A DNA stretch of 64,000 nt, taken from assembly GCA_964397445.1 (NCBI GenBank), contig CAYNHZ010000001.1, positions 75,287-139,286 of the forward strand. Reading direction: 5' to 3'. The stretch comes from an uncultured Muribaculaceae bacterium (lineage in GTDB: Bacteria > Bacteroidota > Bacteroidia > Bacteroidales > UBA932). The position numbers were made by a program, and so were the translations under genes. Below the pieces are notes generated by a model, which saw only the letters and a program-made list of their open reading frames with translations, was not told the DNA's origin and searched no databases. Of this stretch, positions 36,580 through 43,374 are shown piece after piece (position 1 is the first letter of the stretch; every line of letters starts with the position of its first letter).

Positions 36580-39576
36580 TTAAAAGTTAAAATTCAGACG
36601 TAGAGTGTAAAGACGGGGACGTGGTATAATATTATTATCCACACCATCTGATGAGAGAATTTCGGGGTCAAGTCCCGAATATTTAGTAAACACACATACG
36701 TTTTGAACAGAACCAGCCAAACGGATATTTGTGTTGTTTTTCAATCTGAATGTATATCCGAGATTTATGTCATCTATTCTCAGGAATGAAGCGTCTTCTA
36801 TGAACATATCAGAGTATTTCTGATTGTTCTCCATAGCTTTAGTCCAGCCCGGAATTAAGAATTGCTTACTTACATTATCTATATAGCCCTTATTGTAATT
36901 GTCGCTATATGATGAAGCATAGGTCATAAAAACTTTATTGAGAACTTCATTGCCTAAAGATCCGTGAGCGTTAATACCAAGGTCCCAATTTTTGAATCTC
37001 AATTGGGTGTTAATTCCGAAGAATGCCCAAGGAGTAGGGCTGCAACCTGTGACATAACGGTCAGCATCTGTAATGACACCATCTTTATCACGATCGACAA
37101 ATCCATTTTCCACTGGTTTTCCACTTGAATCATAAAGTTGTTCAAAAAGATAAAATGTGTATGGTGCAAATCCTTTTCTATGCAATGAGGTGTAGCCTCC
37201 TGTTCCACCCATACCTTGACCAACAGGAACACCGAGATAACCCTCAGTATCATTTGCAGTCAGCTTAGTGATTTTGGTATCTTGGAAAGTGATATTACCA
37301 CCAATACTCCAATGCCAATCCTTTGTCTCAACCGGAATGAAATTGAGTGAAACCTCAATACCTTTATTAACCATATTACCGATATTCGAAATAATGCTGT
37401 TGCCAAAGTTAGATCCCAATGGGGTAGATATGATATTCAGCAAATCCGAAGTGTTACGATAATAAGCCTCAACACTACCTGAGATACGATTATTGATAAA
37501 TCCGAAATCTAACCCGATATTGAAAGTTTCAGTACTTTCCCATCTCAGATTTGGATTGTATGCTTGAGGAGCAAGGGTGAACAGATAGTCAACACCATTA
37601 ATCATATATTGCATCTCAGGGGAAGAGGATTGAATATATCTTGCTAAATATGGATAATAATCATCCCCTATATCTTGTTGGCCTGTACGGCCCCAACCCA
37701 AACGTAGTTTCAATGCAGAAACAGCTTTACTCCCTTTAAGCCAGTTTTCATTAGCAACATTCCACGCAAATGCAGCAGATGGAAATACCCCCCAACGATT
37801 TGCTTTACTAAAACGAGAAGAGGCATCACCTCTTAATGTTGCTGTGAAAAGATATCTTGATTTTATAGAGTAATTTATCCTTCCGAAAAATGAAAGAAGG
37901 TAATATTCTTTTGCATTTGTAGGTACAATGTGATACAAATCCGCTTCTTGCCCGTGAGGCAATTTGTTGTAGTACTGAGATTCATTGTATTTAACATAGT
38001 TATGTTGCCAAGAATAACCGGCCATTACATCCAAATTGGAGTTTTTGAAATCGTGATTATAATCCAAATATGCCTCAAGTAACATATTCATATTATAGTT
38101 ATCATAATTGACAAAAAGGTCGTTAGTCGATCTCATTGAAGAGATAGAACCTAACTGATTGTATTTCTGTCCCTTTGTACCTGCAACATCCATCCCAAGA
38201 TTGACATTTGCACGCAAATCCTCAAGACCGTGAATCTTGTAATCTATCTGCAAGTTACCTATTCCACGCATCGACTGCCCTTTATTTGTATAATCATACA
38301 AATCTGAAAGGGGATTCACCCCGGCCATAGTATTGGCACTTCCATCACTATTGAGCCAGTTCCAATAACCATTTGCCTTGCTCTTATCTATATTTCCTTG
38401 TGCATCTGTAAAATAGATAGGTTTTGTCGGGTCAAATGATAATGCGCTTCTGATAGCGCCTTCGTTTGCCCAATTGGTACTTTGCAAGATGCCCTTTGCA
38501 TTCAAATTGATGGAAAGGTGTTTGTCAAAGAATTGGGGTGAGAGGTTAATATCTAAATTGCCTCGCTGATTATCACCTGTTTTTAGAGTAGCTTGATCAT
38601 AGTTATATCCCAAACTAACACGGAATGGTAAAACACCTCCGCCATACAAACTCACGTTCTGATCTGTATTAAAAGCCAATCTGTAGATCTCTTTTTGCCA
38701 ATTTGTATTTTCTTCTCCAAGAAGCCCTTTAGCAATAAGATTGTTAGGGTACACTGTTTCATAAAAATCTCTCAACTCATCACCTGTTAACATTTGAAGT
38801 GTTGAACTGTTTTGCTTAACAGAGTAACTTGAGTTATAACTAATATGAAGTTTTTTACCATCACCTTTTCCGAGACCTTTTTTGGTAGTGATAATAATGA
38901 CGCCATTAGATGCTCGCGAACCATAAATCGCAGTAGCAGACGCATCCTTAAGGACTGAGTAGGACTCTATATCATTGGGGTTTACAGAAGCGAGCGGATT
39001 ACCCATCCCGGCACCGCCATCACTTGTAACAGGAACCCCGTCGATAACTATCAAGGGATCATTTTTAGCATTAAGAGAGGCTGCTCCACGAATACGAATA
39101 GTTGCAGAAGCACCAGGTTGACCTGAAGCAGGGGTGACAAGAAGTCCAGAAACCTTACCCATCAACATTTGATCGGGGGAAGTTATCGCACCTCTATTTA
39201 AATCTTCTGCCTTTAGAGCAACAACAGAACCGGTCATGTCATCTTTCTTAACGGTTCCGTAACCAATAACAACAACCTCTTCGAGAAATTCAGAGTCCTC
39301 CTGCATAACTACACGAAAGGCTTTATTTGCAGGCATAGAGATAGTTTTAAGACCTATAAAACTAAATGTAAGTACAGTATTTTCCGATGGAACAGTGATT
39401 TTAAATTGTCCATCAAGATCGGTCTCCGTACCATTTGTAGTTCCCTCTTGGAGAACTGCAACCCCAACTACCGGTCCATAGGCATCTACCACAACTCCCT
39501 TTGCCACATACTGCGCAAATGCACTCGACAAAGAGAGAAAGGTAATTGAGATTACCAAAGTCATCAATCTTTTCAT
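36580..39576 (-). CDS. susC: SusC-family TonB-dependent outer-membrane transporter
   Basis: 998 aa. Signal peptide, carboxypeptidase-regulatory-like domain (GVVVDAYGPVVGVAV), plug with TonB-box region, and a C-terminal barrel ending ...LRLNFNF. Confidence 0.9.
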   Translation of the reverse strand: MKRLMTLVISITFLSLSSAFAQYVAKGVVVDAYGPVVGVAVLQEGTTNGTETDLDGQFKITVPSENTVLTFSFIGLKTISMPANKAFRVVMQEDSEFLEEVVVIGYGTVKKDDMTGSVVALKAEDLNRGAITSPDQMLMGKVSGLLVTPASGQPGASATIRIRGAASLNAKNDPLIVIDGVPVTSDGGAGMGNPLASVNPNDIESYSVLKDASATAIYGSRASNGVIIITTKKGLGKGDGKKLHISYNSSYSVKQNSSTLQMLTGDELRDFYETVYPNNLIAKGLLGEENTNWQKEIYRLAFNTDQNVSLYGGGVLPFRVSLGYNYDQATLKTGDNQRGNLDINLSPQFFDKHLSINLNAKGILQSTNWANEGAIRSALSFDPTKPIYFTDAQGNIDKSKANGYWNWLNSDGSANTMAGVNPLSDLYDYTNKGQSMRGIGNLQIDYKIHGLEDLRANVNLGMDVAGTKGQKYNQLGSISSMRSTNDLFVNYDNYNMNMLLEAYLDYNHDFKNSNLDVMAGYSWQHNYVKYNESQYYNKLPHGQEADLYHIVPTNAKEYYLLSFFGRINYSIKSRYLFTATLRGDASSRFSKANRWGVFPSAAFAWNVANENWLKGSKAVSALKLRLGWGRTGQQDIGDDYYPYLARYIQSSSPEMQYMINGVDYLFTLAPQAYNPNLRWESTETFNIGLDFGFINNRISGSVEAYYRNTSDLLNIISTPLGSNFGNSIISNIGNMVNKGIEVSLNFIPVETKDWHWSIGGNITFQDTKITKLTANDTEGYLGVPVGQGMGGTGGYTSLHRKGFAPYTFYLFEQLYDSSGKPVENGFVDRDKDGVITDADRYVTGCSPTPWAFFGINTQLRFKNWDLGINAHGSLGNEVLNKVFMTYASSYSDNYNKGYIDNVSKQFLIPGWTKAMENNQKYSDMFIEDASFLRIDDINLGYTFRLKNNTNIRLAGSVQNVCVFTKYSGLDPEILSSDGVDNNIIPRPRLYTLRLNFNF

Positions 39577-39605
39577 ACTTTAAAAATGTTATATTGTTAA
39601 ATTGT

Positions 39606-40934
39606 CTATCTGTGTCTAATAAAATTATATTTTACAATGTCGTCCTTATCTTCAACGAATAAAACTGAAATTGAAGCCAATAACAGGCAAACCCCTGAAA
39701 AAACCAAAGCATATATTGTGTGACCTCCATAGATATACTTCACCATAATGCCCCCTATCAAACCATTACAAACCTGAGGAATAGTAATAAAGAAATTGAA
39801 AATACCCATATACACCCCTATTTTGGCAGGTGGAAGTGACCCTGTAAGAATAGCATAAGGCATCGCAAGTATGCTTCCCCAAGCAACACCAATACATATC
39901 ATAGAAATAATAAGCATCTTAGGATCTTTAAAAATCAAAAAAGACAAAAATCCGAGAGCACCAGCAAATAATGAGATCATATGAGTCGCCTTCCTCCCTA
40001 TTTTTCTCGCAATAATCGGGAGAAGAAAAGCAAAGATTGCTGCAACCCCATTATAAATCCCTTGAAGTACACCAACCCAATCCCCAGCATTACCGAATAG
40101 TTCCGAATTTCTATCCACTGTCCCATAATAATGCTCTGCAACAGCAGGGGTCATATACACCCACATTGAGAATAGGGCAAACCAAGAAAAAAACTGAACA
40201 ACACCCAACTGACGCATAGTTTTAGGCATTTTTACAAAATCTTTAAATATCTCGATAATTCCTCCGTCAGCCTTTTTCTCTCCCACTTCAGGTGGATACT
40301 CAGGTGTCTTAACTATTGTCCATAACACACACACCAATAAAACTATCGCACCTATATAAAATGCCATTTTAACATTTGGAGCCACGCCGCCCTCTGCATT
40401 AGGGACATTTGACATTCCAAACCAATTGGTAAGGGCAAACGGAAGAATAGCTCCAACCACTGCACCTATACCAATTAAAGATGTTTGCATTGAAAAACCA
40501 AGTGTCCTCTGCTCTGATGGGAGTTTATCGGCAACAAGAGCCCTGAAAGGCTCCATCGCAATATTTATTGAAGCATCCATTATCATTAAAATGCCAGCAC
40601 CGATGAGCAATGGTGACAATAATGGGGCAAGGACAGGAGAATTAGGCATAAGAAACAGCATCAAAGATGCCAATAGAGCTCCAACAAGAAAATATGGCCT
40701 CCTCCTTCCGAGCTTCGTCCAGGTACGATCACTATAATGACCAACTATGGGCTGAACTATCATACCTGTTATAGGTGCTGCCAACCAGAATAGGGATAAA
40801 TGCTCAACATCTGCCCCAAAAGATTGTAGAATTCTACTTACATTGGCATTCTGAAGAGCGAGACCAAACTGAATTCCGAGAAATCCGAAACTCATATTGA
40901 AGATTTGCCAAAAGCTAAGTTTTATTTTTTTCAT
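39606..40934 (-). CDS. MFS (GPH/SLC45-like) sugar:cation symporter, probable malto-oligosaccharide importer
   Basis: 12 TM. The HYSDRTWTKLGRRRPY motif is typical of sucrose/maltose-type GPH-like MFS carriers. First gene of the PUL transcription unit. Confidence 0.7.
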   Translation of the reverse strand: MKKIKLSFWQIFNMSFGFLGIQFGLALQNANVSRILQSFGADVEHLSLFWLAAPITGMIVQPIVGHYSDRTWTKLGRRRPYFLVGALLASLMLFLMPNSPVLAPLLSPLLIGAGILMIMDASINIAMEPFRALVADKLPSEQRTLGFSMQTSLIGIGAVVGAILPFALTNWFGMSNVPNAEGGVAPNVKMAFYIGAIVLLVCVLWTIVKTPEYPPEVGEKKADGGIIEIFKDFVKMPKTMRQLGVVQFFSWFALFSMWVYMTPAVAEHYYGTVDRNSELFGNAGDWVGVLQGIYNGVAAIFAFLLPIIARKIGRKATHMISLFAGALGFLSFLIFKDPKMLIISMICIGVAWGSILAMPYAILTGSLPPAKIGVYMGIFNFFITIPQVCNGLIGGIMVKYIYGGHTIYALVFSGVCLLLASISVLFVEDKDDIVKYNFIRHR

Positions 40935-40995
40935 TAGGTTAAATGATAATTTCTATAAAAATAGATCAATAATTCTATAGTTTTTCTAAATATCA

Positions 40996-41025
40996 GATGA
41001 ATTGAAAGATTATTGGGATGAATTG
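40996..41025. promoter_or_regulatory. Candidate LytTR operator: perfect 9-bp direct repeat GATGAATTG-N12-GATGAATTG
   Basis: GATGAATTG occurs at 40996-41004 and at 41017-41025, a 21-bp period. It lies in the divergent region between the MFS/susC operon start (40934) and the LytTR regulator start (41059). Confidence 0.5.
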
Positions 41026-41044
41026 GATTTTTTCGTTTTTTTTT

Positions 41045-41052
41045 TAAATTTG
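41045..41052 (+). promoter_or_regulatory. Bacteroidota-type -7 promoter box TAAATTTG for the LytTR regulator gene
   Basis: Exact TAnnTTTG match ending 6 nt before ATG 41059, which implies a leaderless or near-leaderless mRNA. It is preceded by a T10 tract (41036-41045). Confidence 0.4.
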
Positions 41053-41058
41053 CAGAAT

Positions 41059-41811
41059 ATGAACATTTTGATAATAGAAGATGAGTTGGCTGCTCAAAAC
41101 AATTTGACAAGACTCATAAGAAAATATTATCCCGATTTTAATATTATCGGCAAAGTTGACTCAATAAGTGAAGCTATCAAATGGCTTAACAAAAGTCATC
41201 CCGATATCATATTTATGGATGTTGAACTCTCAGACGGGCATTGTTTTGAGATTTTTAATAGTGTAGAGATCGACTCTTTTGTAATAATCACCACCGCCTA
41301 CGAGAATTATGCTTTAAATGCATTTAAAGCCAAATGTATCGATTATTTAATGAAACCCATCGATGATGATAAATTTACAGAGTCAGTCGGTAGGTGCATT
41401 AAGTTATATGATATTCAGACAAATAATCTCAGAAAAGAGGAGACTACCAAAAACCCCACTAAAGCCTATAAACAAAAAATAACATTAAAGATCGGCAACC
41501 AAATAGTTATTTTAGATGTAAATAATATATCATATTTCTACTCAGATAAGAAATCCACTTATATTGTCACTTCAAACACAAAGAAATACCTATCTGATAT
41601 GAGTTTAGATGCCATTGAGTCAGAAATTGACCCTGCTATGTTTTTCAAATTGTCACGGGGCTGTCTTGCCTCATCCTCCTCTATCCGTTCTATCACCAAA
41701 TATTTCAATTCGAGATTGAAAATAACTTTGATACCTGAAAATATCGGCCCCATCATCGTACCTCGGTCTCGAGTACATAATTTTCTTAAATGGATAAAAG
41801 GGAATAATTAG
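41059..41811 (+). CDS. LytTR-family response regulator
   Basis: Receiver domain MNILIIEDE...IIFMDVELSDG plus a C-terminal LytTR DNA-binding domain. Start moved from 41002 to ATG 41059; the upstream extension is non-homologous and contains promoter elements. Confidence 0.85.
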   Translation: MNILIIEDELAAQNNLTRLIRKYYPDFNIIGKVDSISEAIKWLNKSHPDIIFMDVELSDGHCFEIFNSVEIDSFVIITTAYENYALNAFKAKCIDYLMKPIDDDKFTESVGRCIKLYDIQTNNLRKEETTKNPTKAYKQKITLKIGNQIVILDVNNISYFYSDKKSTYIVTSNTKKYLSDMSLDAIESEIDPAMFFKLSRGCLASSSSIRSITKYFNSRLKITLIPENIGPIIVPRSRVHNFLKWIKGNN

Positions 41812-42908
41812 TCTATCAGAGGTATTCTAACCTCAAAATACTTCCTCCCCTCGAAATTGACAATATTTATTTTGATTCTCTCTTTAAAAAGGATATTATA
41901 TTGCTGCTGAAGATTACTCAAACCTACCTCTGATGTTCCTTCGTTAATCTCCTCCAATTTCTCATTGCGCCTATCTGCACTAACTGTTTTCGGCTTGTAT
42001 TGAATATTATTCTTAACAATGATATTATTTCCCACTATATGGATAAAAACATAAAGGATCTTATTTTTATTGACAATATTGTGTTTAACAGCATTTTCTA
42101 CCATCATTTGCAGTGTGCAGGGGATGATTTTCTTCTCCCTATACTCTTGAGGAATATTTATCTTAAAATCGATCCCGTCACCAAATCGCTCCCTCAAAAG
42201 ATCAATATATTGCTCTAAAAAATCTATCTCCTCCTCCAAAATTACAAAATTGTGTTTTTCAACTTTGAGTAGGTATCTGTAAACATTTGCCATTTTTTTA
42301 AGATACATACTTGCCTTATCTTGATCTATATAGATCAGGTAATCAAGAACATTAAGACAATTGAAGAGAAAATGGGGATTAATCTCGGTTTTTAAGAGTT
42401 GATACTGATAATTTGCCCTCGCCCTCTTCTCAACCTCAGATGCGATCGCCATTTTATTTGAATATCTATAATACAAAAACACATCAATTACCGCAATCAC
42501 TATTATATTGAAAACTGTATTGGAGAGGAGGGTAAGAAAGAAGAAGTTATTGAAAAAATAGGAAGAACTACCTAAATCTATATATTGCCACGCTTTAAGA
42601 ATAACTGAAGAAACAATAGATACCACTATCACTCCAATGATCTCAACCATAGCTCGTTTCATCAAATGTGTACCATATTTGATTTTATTTAACAGGTATC
42701 TTACTATGATAAAATCTGCTAAAACCATCACAAGTGTCACAGGATACTTAGAGAGGGTTTGAAACATAAAGTCGCTAAAATAGTAGCCGAGACTCTCATA
42801 GAAGAATGGGAGAGCTCGCTCAATAAGCATCCTCACTGCAATAACAACAAAAGCAAGGATCGTAACATCAATTATAATTCTGCGATTCTTTTCTTTAGTC
42901 TCTTTCAT
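41808..42908 (-). CDS. LytS/YehU-family sensor histidine kinase (intramembrane-sensing type)
   Basis: Four N-terminal TM helices with minimal loops. His_kinase motif INPHFLFNCLN, N-box MMVENAVKHN, G-box EVGLSNL. The 3' end overlaps the RR gene 3' end by 4 nt (convergent). Confidence 0.8.
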   Translation of the reverse strand: MKETKEKNRRIIIDVTILAFVVIAVRMLIERALPFFYESLGYYFSDFMFQTLSKYPVTLVMVLADFIIVRYLLNKIKYGTHLMKRAMVEIIGVIVVSIVSSVILKAWQYIDLGSSSYFFNNFFFLTLLSNTVFNIIVIAVIDVFLYYRYSNKMAIASEVEKRARANYQYQLLKTEINPHFLFNCLNVLDYLIYIDQDKASMYLKKMANVYRYLLKVEKHNFVILEEEIDFLEQYIDLLRERFGDGIDFKINIPQEYREKKIIPCTLQMMVENAVKHNIVNKNKILYVFIHIVGNNIIVKNNIQYKPKTVSADRRNEKLEEINEGTSEVGLSNLQQQYNILFKERIKINIVNFEGRKYFEVRIPLID

Positions 42909-42910
42909 TT

Positions 42911-43309
42911 TTAATTATTTCTGTTAGATACCCAACTTTTTCTAACCAAAAAAATAATGATTAATCCGAGAATTATTGTAACCAAGGTTGTGGTTAAAAC
43001 ATTAATCCAAATCCCCCAATGAGGGACCAACCTTAAAAGGGCATCTGCCCCGCGAGTACCTATGTAAAAGCCTGCAAAGCAAGATAAGAAAGCGAGTCCG
43101 ATAAACACATCAAACGGGACTGTATAGAAACGAATCAAACTATAAACCATCCCGATAGTCAAGCAAGTAAGGATGAATCCATCTCCAAAAGAGGTATCGT
43201 GCAAAAGATAACATACGATAGCGTGCAATAGCGCAAAAATGGCCACAATAACGGCTGCCTTCATAAGATTTTGTCTCGAATCAGCTCCACTTTTAAAATA
43301 AAATCCCAT
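42911..43309 (-). CDS. Small 4-TM membrane protein of unknown function, coupled to the histidine kinase gene
   Basis: 132 aa with four predicted hydrophobic helices. Its stop lies 2 nt upstream of the HK start on the same strand. No recognisable motif. Confidence 0.45.
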   Translation of the reverse strand: MGFYFKSGADSRQNLMKAAVIVAIFALLHAIVCYLLHDTSFGDGFILTCLTIGMVYSLIRFYTVPFDVFIGLAFLSCFAGFYIGTRGADALLRLVPHWGIWINVLTTTLVTIILGLIIIFLVRKSWVSNRNN

Positions 43310-43342
43310 AAAATAGTTTTCGGTAAATTTATGAATTTTTAA

Positions 43343-43350
43343 TAGATTTG
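43343..43350 (+). promoter_or_regulatory. -7 box TAGATTTG for malQ
   Basis: Exact TAnnTTTG, 25 nt upstream of ATG 43375. It overlaps the TTG start used by the ORF track, which argues against that start. Confidence 0.4.
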
Positions 43351-43374
43351 CAAAATAATAAGAATCATAACGAG

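Noticed and set aside
40951-40965. Small palindrome TCTATAAAAATAGA in the PUL/RR intergenic region, considered as a hairpin or invertible-promoter boundary
   Set aside because: The stem is only 5 bp. There is no matching distant inverted repeat and no site-specific recombinase nearby. It more likely just overlaps the AT-rich near-consensus -7 region of the MFS/susC promoter.
41002-41058. An N-terminal extension of the response regulator (MKDYWDELDFFVFFLNLQN...) starting at a TTG
   Set aside because: Receiver domains begin at MNILIIEDE. The extension contains the direct repeats, the T10 tract and an exact -7 box, so it is promoter DNA. Similar over-long ORF-track starts were trimmed at 1808, 14295, 21314, 22193, 34894, 43348, 54704, 59003 and 61369.
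43331-43337. ATGAATT in the 4TM-HK/malQ divergent region, resembling a half-site of the GATGAATTG repeat
   Set aside because: It matches the half-site at only 7/9 positions (TATGAATTT). There is no partner half-site 21 bp away on either side. It is easily a chance match in AT-rich DNA.
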